From positions 186,001 to 250,000 of IMG/VR virus record IMGVR_UViG_3300045971_000344: 64,000 nt of DNA. The stretch is one strand, 5' to 3'. Below the pieces are notes generated by a model. That model was not told where the DNA came from and made no database searches. It saw only the letters and a list, made by a program, of their open reading frames with translations. Both the position numbers and the translations under genes were made by a program. Positions 39,409 through 48,950 of this stretch are shown piece after piece; the stretch's first letter is position 1; each line of letters opens with the position of its first letter.

Positions 39409-40941
39409 ATGTCACGCAAGGTCGCAGAAAACTTTTTATTTGAGTTCAACGACTCAAGGTCGGTAAAAGAAGGAATTAAGGTATTGAACAATATCCTCAG
39501 TTTTCTTCAAAAAAAGAAACAAACTATAGATGACATCTTAACAGAGATGAGCTCGAACAATGCTTTTATTAGGGTCATAAAGACAAAGCAGGTAGTGATC
39601 TCTGCAGGAGAAAGAGAAATAACCACCCGAGGTACGCCTACTCTTATAGAGGTTCAGGCCAAACCTGCGGATATAAAAGAGGTAATTGCAACTTGGGACA
39701 CTCTAGTGGAACTCAATGAAGTTATTGATCGCTATGAACGTTCTATTGCTCCATCTGCGGAATCTCGCTATAAGAACGTGCCTGAGCTTAAGGCTGTTGA
39801 AGCAAAGGTAGAGTCCTTCATAAAGAAAACAAAGGAAAGCAGGGACAAGCTTTTGAAGAAGTTACAGTCAAAAGTTGATACTTATATGCCACGTTCTTTG
39901 AAGGTCATTGTAGATAAGTTGAAAGAAGAGCTAACTACAAACCTTAAGGGGAGGTTTGAAGAATGCAATGTTCTTTATTATCCATGTGTAATGCCTGTAA
40001 ATAAAGTAAACGTACTCGCATTTTACTGTTACCTCAGTTTTACCCGATTGAAGGACGATGATGACTGGCAACATGAGGTCTTTGACGTGGTCGTGATCTC
40101 CATACCCTTAGCAGATGGGACGACCAAATTTCAGATAAACACTTATGAAGGCCACGCGCTTCCTCTAGAAATTCCTTTGGAGCCTAACAGCTGGGTTGGT
40201 ACTGTTAAGGGCGTTACGGACCGATTGTACTCAACACTAACTGATGTTCACGCCCTTAATTTATTGAAGCCCCAGATGCTTAAAGTTTCAGATAAGGACG
40301 CGAAAAAGACAAAGGACTTTAAATCAAACCAAGAAGTTGCGAAGCTCGAAGTAGTGGATGAAACTTTTAAGATCTATTTAAAGCCTTCTTATGTTAAGTC
40401 AGAGCCTCAGGCGCATAACGTTGGTAAGGCTTTGTGGGCAAAGGTAGTAAAATTCCTCTTAATAGATGCCAAATATAAGTTGAGTTATAAACCAACTCAA
40501 GAAGGAACGAGCTGGATTTTGAATTTTAAAGTGTCTACCCCTACTCAAATAAGTGGTAAGATACAGTCAAATATTCATTTCGATAGTTCTGCGTTTAAAG
40601 ATTTCTGTGTAAGGCAAAACCTGGATGGCCCTCAAATCCGTAAGGTTGAAGAGGCTTTGAAGCACGCAATTTATGAAAAGCATAAGCGGTCAGCGTTTAC
40701 ACAACCCGATATTATTACAGAAAAGGATGATGTTAAGAACCGTCTAAATGATAGCGCAATTATTCCTGCAAAGCGCACAAGTGTAGAAAAACCTGAAACT
40801 GAAAAGACTGCGGTAAGGAAGATACAGCCTAGTATGGCCCCAGAGTCAAAGGAAAAACTTACTAAGGAAATGATTAGACAACAAACTCTGAACAAGCGTA
40901 AGTTCGCACGCCAATTGGAAGATGAGGACGTGGATATATGA
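39409..40941 (+). CDS. Hypothetical protein (510 aa)
   Basis: Long ORF with GAGGAG RBS. Confidence 0.75.
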   Translation: MSRKVAENFLFEFNDSRSVKEGIKVLNNILSFLQKKKQTIDDILTEMSSNNAFIRVIKTKQVVISAGEREITTRGTPTLIEVQAKPADIKEVIATWDTLVELNEVIDRYERSIAPSAESRYKNVPELKAVEAKVESFIKKTKESRDKLLKKLQSKVDTYMPRSLKVIVDKLKEELTTNLKGRFEECNVLYYPCVMPVNKVNVLAFYCYLSFTRLKDDDDWQHEVFDVVVISIPLADGTTKFQINTYEGHALPLEIPLEPNSWVGTVKGVTDRLYSTLTDVHALNLLKPQMLKVSDKDAKKTKDFKSNQEVAKLEVVDETFKIYLKPSYVKSEPQAHNVGKALWAKVVKFLLIDAKYKLSYKPTQEGTSWILNFKVSTPTQISGKIQSNIHFDSSAFKDFCVRQNLDGPQIRKVEEALKHAIYEKHKRSAFTQPDIITEKDDVKNRLNDSAIIPAKRTSVEKPETEKTAVRKIQPSMAPESKEKLTKEMIRQQTLNKRKFARQLEDEDVDI

Positions 40942-41696
40942 GACATATAGAAACTTCGGTACCTATTTCAAAAGGTGATTACGAAGATACGTTTTTTTAT
41001 AGTGAGACAAAAAATATTTATACTGATATTTTTGGTGCAATGATGGATTACGTAACTACATCAGATAGAGACTCCAAGAGTAGATTAGGTAGACTACTAT
41101 TACAGAATTGGAATAAGCTACCTAAGAGAACAGTTCAGTTATCGGGCTCTGCGTTTCGCATTTGGATATTTGGACCCAAGAAAGCAGGAAAAGTTCTTGA
41201 ACGGCTTGAAAATAATGAAGGAATTAAGATTGATTGCTCTGATTTTTTGTCTTTCACGGCCAAACTACCAAGTAGTCCAAGTACATTTAAAAAGTATTGG
41301 TCAGTTCTGAAAACAAATTCAGAATGTGGATCAGTTGTTCTAGTACAGAAGTGTAGATACAAGAAAGGCTTTTCGGTAACAGACTTCCTTGAGTGGTTAA
41401 GAACAGCGGGGTACTTTAAAGATAGCGATGAAACAGACGATTACTCTAGCGGTATAATGATGGACGTAGATGACTCATTAATAACACTGATGAATCAAGA
41501 GCAGGAAGTCTTTGTCTTTGATTCTGTTTTGGACATACATCCAAAGGAAGTAGTAAATATAAAGGTTGCGGTTAAACCAAGTTCACCTTTACCTGGGTTA
41601 CTAATTCCAAGAACAGGAGTAAAGTTTGTAGAAGCACCTGATACAGATCACGCAAAAGAGATGTTGGGCTTAAATAAAAGGAGGACGTCACTGTGA
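40938..41696 (+). CDS. Putative ADP-ribosyltransferase (R-S-E clade)
   Basis: AFR, LSFT and QEQEV motifs occur in the canonical order. Confidence 0.45.
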   Translation: MRHIETSVPISKGDYEDTFFYSETKNIYTDIFGAMMDYVTTSDRDSKSRLGRLLLQNWNKLPKRTVQLSGSAFRIWIFGPKKAGKVLERLENNEGIKIDCSDFLSFTAKLPSSPSTFKKYWSVLKTNSECGSVVLVQKCRYKKGFSVTDFLEWLRTAGYFKDSDETDDYSSGIMMDVDDSLITLMNQEQEVFVFDSVLDIHPKEVVNIKVAVKPSSPLPGLLIPRTGVKFVEAPDTDHAKEMLGLNKRRTSL

Positions 41697-42841
41697 ATTT
41701 TGTCTATAAGTCAACTGATTACCATTTTAGAAACAGAGTAAATCCACGTACTAAGTCATATTTTAATATCATGGTAGGTAGGAATCACAACCACCTTAAA
41801 ACCTATAAGGTTATTGAGCGATTGAAGAAGTATTTGTTTGCACAACAGGCTATATTGGTCAGCCCCAATAACTTCACACTGGTTAATGTAACTTCCTTAT
41901 TGTCCGCAATTTCCTTTGGTTATTCTCAAGAGCCAGTAAACGTACTTCGCTTTGACTCTACTATTGCTTTTACGTTTGCTTTGAGGGCTGACTCCGATCT
42001 TAACTATAGTGCCGCTCCTCCGCATATCAAGAAAATTAGTCATGACATTACGTTCTGGGGTTATAACCACCCGCAGGACTTTGTTACTATTGCCGTGGAT
42101 ATCGCTGACATAGTAGAGGAAGGACTTTCCATAAAGGACTTTGAATACCTTTACTTGGTTACAGGGTCAGTAACTAAGAACTTTGCGCTCTTTAAAGAGG
42201 CGGCACAGCACTCTATGCCTAAGGACAAGCATACTATTGTAAAGAACTATACCAATATCTATAATCTGGATTTGGCTACCCTGATGTACACTGTACCTTA
42301 CGTAGAGTGGGTTTACAATAAACAGATTTGGGAATTTGCACCCGAAGTTATTCCTGCAAACCAAATACACGCCTATAGCGCCCTGTATTATGCTTTGTTT
42401 CTGTCTACCAAATCCTTGACGGTTAAGTACGTTACGAACCTCAAAGGTTGTGGACATTTACTCAATGAGCTGTATCGCTATTATCTAAAATCTCAACAGC
42501 AGTTAATCTCCAATCAGGTTGGTGAGACCGACCACTCCGAAGAGCAAGAGTATCTGATTTCCTTTATTTACCCCGCGTCTGTTTATTGCGTCTTCGCAAT
42601 GATGAACACGCCGGGCTATCGTGACTGGAAGCCCAAAGCTCGTCTGTCTAATATGTACGAATGGTTGTCAAATTTGTCGGTCAAGCTTCAAGAAGATATT
42701 GCTATATTCCAGGATCTCCAATTCTTAGCACAGATTCCTGGACTAGCTAAAGACGCTATTACAAACAAGCTTGCTACATTTAGAAAGGCCGCTGTAATCT
42801 TAGGTGAGCAGTCTAAAATGGCAACCTTCATGCCTAAATAA
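41693..42841 (+). CDS. Hypothetical protein (382 aa)
   Basis: GTG start with AGGAGG RBS. Confidence 0.7.
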   Translation: MNFVYKSTDYHFRNRVNPRTKSYFNIMVGRNHNHLKTYKVIERLKKYLFAQQAILVSPNNFTLVNVTSLLSAISFGYSQEPVNVLRFDSTIAFTFALRADSDLNYSAAPPHIKKISHDITFWGYNHPQDFVTIAVDIADIVEEGLSIKDFEYLYLVTGSVTKNFALFKEAAQHSMPKDKHTIVKNYTNIYNLDLATLMYTVPYVEWVYNKQIWEFAPEVIPANQIHAYSALYYALFLSTKSLTVKYVTNLKGCGHLLNELYRYYLKSQQQLISNQVGETDHSEEQEYLISFIYPASVYCVFAMMNTPGYRDWKPKARLSNMYEWLSNLSVKLQEDIAIFQDLQFLAQIPGLAKDAITNKLATFRKAAVILGEQSKMATFMPK

Positions 42842-42861
42842 TAATCTATAAGGAGAATTAA

Positions 42862-43107
42862 ATGAGACGTGTAGTTATATCCTCTAGTCCTAGAAAACCT
42901 AATAAGGTAATAACTATTTCTTATGAGGATTGGATAAGGTTCAAACTACATCCATATTTTAGGCGTGCCACCCCTATGGAAACCTCAGGTGAGATTAAAT
43001 GTGAGTTACTCTTTTTACCTGAGAGAAATGAGACTTTTGTTTTTAATAACCATAAGACCAGAGAATATTTTAAATTAAACAAAATAAAAAAGGAGTGTAC
43101 TAAATGA
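42862..43107 (+). CDS. Small leader-bearing hypothetical protein
   Basis: Begins MRRVVISSS; AAGGAG RBS. Confidence 0.65.
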   Translation: MRRVVISSSPRKPNKVITISYEDWIRFKLHPYFRRATPMETSGEIKCELLFLPERNETFVFNNHKTREYFKLNKIKKECTK

Positions 43108-43784
43108 GAAAAGTAATTGTAACGTTGGCAGCGTCAAAAAGGCCCTCAAAAGAACAACTGAAAGCAGAGTTAAAACTGGCGATTGCTGACCATAAGAAAA
43201 TATTGGCAAAGCTCAAAAAGGCTAACGTTAATATAACGCTCGAAAATGAACCTGAAATAGGATGGACTGATTCCGGTTATGATGCAGTTCTGAGTGGAGA
43301 GATAGTTGTAAGAGGTAAGACTGCCTCATACTCTATTAATACCCCTGAAGTAAATTCTGTTGCTAAATTAACAAAAAAGACAAGTTGGGTATTTGATGTA
43401 TTTAAAGGACAGCCTTTGGCTTGTCTAAAGTTTATTATAGAAGCTGTTACTGCAGACGGTGGTGTAACTAAGGTAGACAGTAATCTATTAAGTGCTGAAA
43501 AAGGAATTCTAAAGGCATTGTCAAACGCCGCTGATGCTTATGTAAGAGCTACTAATGTAGCACGCTTAACCTATAGAACTAAAAGTCAGGGTGGCAAAAT
43601 CCTTTGGATTGCAGTACAAGCTCCAAGCGATATGACTGATATGGAAGGTGGGGCAATTCGTGAGGACGATGCTAAAAAGGTTGGGGTGACACTTCAACAG
43701 ATACTGGATTATCTTGTAGCAAAAGATGCGCGTAAGCCCAAGCCTCAGAAACGCTCTCCTTTTAGAGGATGTATGTATGACTAA
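43104..43784 (+). CDS. Leader-bearing hypothetical protein
   Basis: Begins MRKVIVTLAAS; AAGGAG RBS. Confidence 0.7.
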   Translation: MRKVIVTLAASKRPSKEQLKAELKLAIADHKKILAKLKKANVNITLENEPEIGWTDSGYDAVLSGEIVVRGKTASYSINTPEVNSVAKLTKKTSWVFDVFKGQPLACLKFIIEAVTADGGVTKVDSNLLSAEKGILKALSNAADAYVRATNVARLTYRTKSQGGKILWIAVQAPSDMTDMEGGAIREDDAKKVGVTLQQILDYLVAKDARKPKPQKRSPFRGCMYD

Positions 43785-44103
43785 GGTTGGGGTGGTGGGA
43801 TTATTCGGACCAGTTGAGCTAAAAGAAGTGTATCACCCACCTAGTCATAAGAGACGGTATAACGATTATGGTCCTGACTGGGATGAACTGTCTAACACTT
43901 GCTTACTCTTGGCAAATCATATCTGTCAGGACTGTCATAAAAACAAGGCAACTAATGCTCATCACATTACTCCCCTGACCAAAGGTGGGGCAAATGTGCT
44001 GAGTAACCTAAAAGCACTCTGTTTTTATTGCCACGCTAAGTATCATACGCACATGAACAAAGGTCGTAGAAAGGAGGACCATCCTAATGGCGGTGGCAAT
44101 TAA
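43777..44103 (+). CDS. Small HNH endonuclease
   Basis: CQDC...AHHI.PL..GG.N...NL.ALC..CH...H; start reassigned to ATG 43777. Confidence 0.85.
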   Translation: MTKVGVVGLFGPVELKEVYHPPSHKRRYNDYGPDWDELSNTCLLLANHICQDCHKNKATNAHHITPLTKGGANVLSNLKALCFYCHAKYHTHMNKGRRKEDHPNGGGN

Positions 44104-44401
44104 ACAACCCAAGTTAAGTTTTAAAAAACAGCCGGGGGCTAAGGGATTATCTTCGGTCGGTAACCCTCATCAGGACGTGACCATTCTATTAGATAAAAAG
44201 CAGATTGGCGTGATTTATGGCCCTACTTGGAGAGACAAAGATAGTAAATGGTCCATCCAGCTAATGGTTAAACATGCTAATAGTTGGAAAAATATTTTGC
44301 TTAAGGCTAAATTTGATACTGAAGAACACGCTAGACAGTTTATGATAAACAATATTGGCCGTATACTCCAAAAATACGAAATACATTACTTAGAAAATTA
44401 A
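44087..44401 (+). CDS. Hypothetical protein
   Basis: 104 aa with GGAGG RBS. Confidence 0.65.
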   Translation: MAVAIKQPKLSFKKQPGAKGLSSVGNPHQDVTILLDKKQIGVIYGPTWRDKDSKWSIQLMVKHANSWKNILLKAKFDTEEHARQFMINNIGRILQKYEIHYLEN

Positions 44402-44416
44402 GATGGGAGATTTACA

Positions 44417-45412
44417 ATGACACTGACCGAAACCGTTGTTAAGTTAAAAGCAAAAGGTAAATCTAAGGATGAGGTCTTGGCCAAAGTAAAGGAATCTATT
44501 AAGACCTTGGGTGAACGGTGGACTTCTAAGAAGCAAGATCTATTTGATGAAGCTTGGGGAACTGAGGTAACTGTTAAGACAAAAGAACCTAAAATTAAGT
44601 TACCCAAAAAGAGTAAGAACCCAGAATTGGACGCAGCTCTCCAGTGGTACTCCGCAAAATACGGTGGTGGTCAGGGACCCAAGGCTACTCCAGATCAGAT
44701 TATAGCAATGTGGAAAAAGGCAACAGGTAGTAAAAAGGAAGCAACGAGGAAAGAACCTGTTCCTAGAGAGCGCGTTAAGAACAAAGAAAAGGTTATCAAA
44801 GAAAAAACAAAGTCCGTCTCTAAGTATGACCTTTATTTGGAGTTCAATAACGTAATAAGTGGATTGGCTTTCAATACAGGGCTCGTAAGTAATGAGGACC
44901 GTAGAGAGCTCTACAATGGTCCTACCAAAGTTTTAGGTGATTTCGGTCAAGGCCTGGGTGCCCTTTGGGGTGAAGGCATGAATGGTGGTATCGCCTTTGG
45001 TAAAAAAGCTCTGAAGAAGATACCTCAGGATCGTGTAGAGAAGGCTATAAAGGCAGTTTTACCTAAGATCGTACCTGCCGCCAAGGAACAAAAGCAAACC
45101 TTGATTACTATAATGGAGCAACTACCTGAGATTTATTCTACCGTAAACGGTACAAAGGCCAGCGTAGATGACGTAGGTGAGCCCATTGGTAACTTCATGT
45201 TGTTCATTGGTAAGATTTATAAATCCAAACCTGAGATTGACACAACTCAAGATGGGTGTAAGGTATATACCTACTTCAATGGCCCAAAGTCAGGTCTTCC
45301 CAAGCTGTACGTAATTCTGGATAAAAAGACTTTCTTATATGCTCGTATAAAAGACAACACTTACTTGACGCTTGAAACCTTAAAGACAAAACTAGACTCT
45401 TATAAGGGGTAG
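44417..45412 (+). CDS. Hypothetical Lys-rich protein
   Basis: 331 aa; N-terminal domain shared with 8305 and 38819. Confidence 0.7.
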   Translation: MTLTETVVKLKAKGKSKDEVLAKVKESIKTLGERWTSKKQDLFDEAWGTEVTVKTKEPKIKLPKKSKNPELDAALQWYSAKYGGGQGPKATPDQIIAMWKKATGSKKEATRKEPVPRERVKNKEKVIKEKTKSVSKYDLYLEFNNVISGLAFNTGLVSNEDRRELYNGPTKVLGDFGQGLGALWGEGMNGGIAFGKKALKKIPQDRVEKAIKAVLPKIVPAAKEQKQTLITIMEQLPEIYSTVNGTKASVDDVGEPIGNFMLFIGKIYKSKPEIDTTQDGCKVYTYFNGPKSGLPKLYVILDKKTFLYARIKDNTYLTLETLKTKLDSYKG

Positions 45413-45418
45413 AGGTCT

Positions 45419-46441
45419 ATGAGATATGTAGCCATTTCAAGCGGACTAACGGATGAGATCAGAGGTTTGTTCTCAATAGCCGTTAAGGACGATAAACAAC
45501 CGGGTGATATAAGGGAATGGGAAGATAGCCTAAAAGCACTTAAGCCTAAGCTATATGAAGCATATAGATCAGCTATTACTAATAAGCTCATAGAGTGGCG
45601 TGTAGAGCTCGTACCTTACCATGGATTAGGTAGTCGTAGCTGGAGCGTTAATTCCTACAGAGCTGGTCTTAAAGGTGATGACGCGGCGATCAAGCACCCC
45701 GCCCACGTTTTAAGAGAGACGAATTCTAAGACACAGGCCCAGAAGGCAAAAGAAAAAATTGATGAATATAAATACACTAAGGTTTTATCAAGAGAACAGG
45801 GCTTCTATAAGCGCCTACGGTATCTGTATAAATTCAATTCCACTAAATTGTCTGATTGGGACCGACAGTTTATTACCTCTTTGGGTAACCAATTGACCGA
45901 AGGTAGACCTAGTACATTGAAGCAAAAGCAAATAGCGAGTAAATTATTTGAAAAATATAAAGTACCAGAAGGAGCAGAGGCAACTACTATGAGAAAGACT
46001 ACTATAAGGCATACCAAATCTAATAAGTCCAAGACTACTGCTGTGGACATGGATACAGAGTACAAAATGCTTAAGGCTCTTAATAAGTTTGCTGGTAAAG
46101 ACATTAGATTCAAGGACATGATTAAGCTCGAATTTAGGGGTGAAACCGACCACATTGAGATTTTTAGTCACCCTTTGAATTTCAATGTCAGTATAAACAC
46201 AAGCGAATTACTACATAAGTTTAAGGTTCACCCTGGTGCATTCTTGACCTTTTTGTACTATAACGGGGCTCAAAATAACGATCCTCAGAATTTAAAAGCT
46301 TATGTACCATATTCCTTTAGAAGGAAAGGCGTAAAAGCATTCAAAGGCCCTTCAAAATGGGTACATGATAGCGCTGGTTTTTGGAAGCAGATTCCTCTTA
46401 ATCCAGAAGATGAGGATTTTGAAAGCATAGAAGTTGAATAA
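45419..46441 (+). CDS. Leader-bearing two-part hypothetical protein
   Basis: Begins MRYVAISSG; internal in-frame RBS plus ATG at 45989. Confidence 0.7.
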   Translation: MRYVAISSGLTDEIRGLFSIAVKDDKQPGDIREWEDSLKALKPKLYEAYRSAITNKLIEWRVELVPYHGLGSRSWSVNSYRAGLKGDDAAIKHPAHVLRETNSKTQAQKAKEKIDEYKYTKVLSREQGFYKRLRYLYKFNSTKLSDWDRQFITSLGNQLTEGRPSTLKQKQIASKLFEKYKVPEGAEATTMRKTTIRHTKSNKSKTTAVDMDTEYKMLKALNKFAGKDIRFKDMIKLEFRGETDHIEIFSHPLNFNVSINTSELLHKFKVHPGAFLTFLYYNGAQNNDPQNLKAYVPYSFRRKGVKAFKGPSKWVHDSAGFWKQIPLNPEDEDFESIEVE

Positions 46442-46469
46442 CTAATCTCTTAATGAAGGGAGTGTATAA

Positions 46470-46715
46470 ATGAGAAAGACCCTTGTTGTTAATATCCGCC
46501 AAAAAGAACAATCTTATGTAAATGAAATAGAGATAGAAAAGGCTGTAGAAAAGGCTAGAGAGGCCAAAGATTTTCGTCAAGAACTACTAAAATTAGATAG
46601 GATCTTTACGAAAAACCTAAACGAGTCAATTGGTAGTGACCGCTTTATCTATAAGAAGTATAGAGACAAGGTTAGAGGTCTTATGACGGTCCGTATGCCC
46701 GCTGGTTGGGACTGA
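46470..46715 (+). CDS. Small hypothetical protein
   Basis: GGGAG RBS; begins MRKTLVVNI. Confidence 0.6.
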   Translation: MRKTLVVNIRQKEQSYVNEIEIEKAVEKAREAKDFRQELLKLDRIFTKNLNESIGSDRFIYKKYRDKVRGLMTVRMPAGWD

Positions 46716-46746
46716 TCACTAAAAATACAAGCATATCTAAGCAAAT

Positions 46747-46755
46747 CGTAATTTA
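46747..46755 (+). promoter_or_regulatory. Putative late promoter CGTAATTTA
   Basis: Same motif as 11280 and 30741, 25 nt upstream of 46780. Confidence 0.45.
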
Positions 46756-46779
46756 TTTATGATTGAGGAGGTTTGATCT

Positions 46780-47238
46780 ATGCGAAAGATAAGGGTTGCT
46801 ATTGCATCCGTAAAGAACGAATTATCTTATCAGTGGTACAAAATAAAGAGTCGGGTACAGCCCATGGAACTCCGAGGTAAAGAAGTACGACTCAATCAGG
46901 GTGATGTTATCGGTTTCCGTCCAGGTTCCAATGGAAAGACCACTCGCATGGTCCTCAAGGATAGCATCGGGTACGTTATGAGTCCTACCAAAGAACAGGT
47001 TGAGTATTTATTGAAGAAATGCGAGCCCTTAATTGGTGGCGCAATAGACACAGCCAAGATAGGCTTAGTAACTGAACCTAAGGTTAGCGTTAAAGACAGG
47101 CGCATACTTGAAGAACTAAAGGACATGTCTAATATCTTGAAAAGGTATAAAGACATAACTGACATAAAGATCGAAAATAAACGTTTGCTATTTAGGTACG
47201 ATAATCGTCCTTACAGTATTATTAGCGACCCTTCTTAA
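46780..47238 (+). CDS. Leader-bearing hypothetical protein
   Basis: Begins MRKIRVAIAS; GAGGAGG RBS. Confidence 0.7.
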   Translation: MRKIRVAIASVKNELSYQWYKIKSRVQPMELRGKEVRLNQGDVIGFRPGSNGKTTRMVLKDSIGYVMSPTKEQVEYLLKKCEPLIGGAIDTAKIGLVTEPKVSVKDRRILEELKDMSNILKRYKDITDIKIENKRLLFRYDNRPYSIISDPS

Positions 47239-47249
47239 AGGAGAAGTGT

Positions 47250-47801
47250 ATGAAGACCATTAGTGTAGAAATAAGTAGCGGAGATAACCAGTTAGTGTCC
47301 CAAGCAATACGGATCCTAACTAAGGTTGTTGACGCGGGTTTTAAGAAGAAAAAGGGTAAGGGCGCTACGGGGAAAAATACTGTACAAAAGGCCATAGAGA
47401 AATTCGTTAGAAGTCTTCCTGAAAAGGATCTTCAGGAATTGATAGAAAGTAAGTACGAAAATACGGAGACCTCTGAAGATAGATTACTCGCTTTGGCTTA
47501 CAATATGAAGCAGCAGTCTACTAGGATGCCAAAAGAAAAGATAGCGGAACGGTCGGAACGCCATAAGGCAATGATAACAAAGCGTAAGAACAGAATAAAA
47601 GAACTTGAAATGAAGAAAAAGAACAGTACAAACCCAGATACTGTAAAGCGTATCTCACAGATTGTTACCAAGCATAAAGATCGTATTGACCGCCATAATG
47701 AAGCTCTTAAGTATTACAAAATGCTTGGGTCGTTAAAGCCCAAGACGCATAAAGACATAGTTAAAAAGAAGACCAATCCAATGGGCCAGTCTACTAAATA
47801 A
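47250..47801 (+). CDS. Leader-bearing basic helical protein
   Basis: Begins MKTISVEISSG. Confidence 0.7.
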   Translation: MKTISVEISSGDNQLVSQAIRILTKVVDAGFKKKKGKGATGKNTVQKAIEKFVRSLPEKDLQELIESKYENTETSEDRLLALAYNMKQQSTRMPKEKIAERSERHKAMITKRKNRIKELEMKKKNSTNPDTVKRISQIVTKHKDRIDRHNEALKYYKMLGSLKPKTHKDIVKKKTNPMGQSTK

Positions 47802-47813
47802 GGATAAATAAAA

Positions 47814-48206
47814 ATGAGAAAAATCAGTGTCCGTATTGTCACAACCGCGGCTGGCGCAGGAGAAGCATGGTGGAACAATCAGAGCAAAGAGCAGAAGGCG
47901 GCGTACATCAAAGCTCATCCAAATAGTAAGTATGCTAAACAAGCGGGAGCAGAAAAAGAGACTGTGGTAAACCAACATCCAAAGAAACTTATAACTGATT
48001 CTAAACTTAATAAGAAACAAGAAAAAATAAAGGAGCTTAACGTCCAGTTAAAAAATGAAAAGGAGACGTTAAAAAAGCTTACGAAACAACTACCAAAGTA
48101 TAGATGGGGCTCATCCGCTAGTTTATGTAGATCAGAAATAGCCGATATTAAAGAAAAGATACAAAAGATTGAAAAGCAACTACAAAAATATGAAGATAAA
48201 ATCTAA
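47814..48206 (+). CDS. Leader plus WW-HPxSKY module protein
   Basis: MRKISVRIVTTAAG..EAWWNNQSKEQKAAYIKAHPNSKYAK. Confidence 0.75.
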   Translation: MRKISVRIVTTAAGAGEAWWNNQSKEQKAAYIKAHPNSKYAKQAGAEKETVVNQHPKKLITDSKLNKKQEKIKELNVQLKNEKETLKKLTKQLPKYRWGSSASLCRSEIADIKEKIQKIEKQLQKYEDKI

Positions 48207-48227
48207 CAAAAAAGAAATAAAGGAGAA

Positions 48228-48398
48228 ATGAAAAAGAAAAATACGACTAACCCAGATACTGTAAAGCGTATCTCTCAGATCGTGACCAAGCATAATGAGG
48301 CACTAAAGTATTACAAAATGCTTGGGTCGTTAAAGCCCAAGACACATAAAGACATAGTTAAGAAGAAGACCAACCCTATGGGACAGTCTACTAAGTAA
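48228..48398 (+). CDS. 56-aa duplicated copy of the 47250 gene C-terminus
   Basis: AAGGAG RBS. MKKKNTTNPDTVKRISQ...NPMGQSTK is near-identical to 47610-47801, with a 21-nt deletion. Confidence 0.5.
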   Translation: MKKKNTTNPDTVKRISQIVTKHNEALKYYKMLGSLKPKTHKDIVKKKTNPMGQSTK

Positions 48399-48410
48399 AA
48401 GGGAGATGTT

Positions 48411-48896
48411 ATGAGAAGAATAATTGTAAAGATTGTAACAACTGCTTCTGGGGATGACTGGTGGAATAGTCAGAGCAAAGAGCAGAAAGCGGCTTACATA
48501 AAAGCCCATCCTAGAAGTAAGTACGCTAAACAAGCTGGTTCGGCTGCACCTAAAGCCACTAAAACAAAGACCGAAAAGGTAGAATCACTAAAAAATAAAT
48601 TGGTAGTACATCATAAGCCATCAAAAAATTTAACGAAAGAGCAAATTGAAGATAATAAAAGGTATAATAAGTTTAAAGATAAAGAGAATCTTAAAAAAGC
48701 GAAGCTTTTAGCTGAAGGTGCTGAAGAAAAAATTAAAGCCCTTAAGGCTAAACTTAAAAAAGAAAATGACGCTAGCATAAAAACGCGCATCCAAAAACAA
48801 ATACAAAAGTTAGAGTCAGCTGTTCGTATAACGGCTATGTACTCTAGAGAAAAGGTTGACGGTTACTATAATTCAGACCGACATTATCAAAGTTAA
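48411..48896 (+). CDS. Leader plus WW-HPxSKY module protein
   Basis: MRRIIVKIVTTASGDDWWNSQSKEQKAAYIKAHPRSKYAK. Confidence 0.75.
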   Translation: MRRIIVKIVTTASGDDWWNSQSKEQKAAYIKAHPRSKYAKQAGSAAPKATKTKTEKVESLKNKLVVHHKPSKNLTKEQIEDNKRYNKFKDKENLKKAKLLAEGAEEKIKALKAKLKKENDASIKTRIQKQIQKLESAVRITAMYSREKVDGYYNSDRHYQS

Positions 48897-48950
48897 GAAG
48901 AAGACCAACCCTATGGGTAATAAACCCTAATACAAAAAAAGGAGAAGTGT

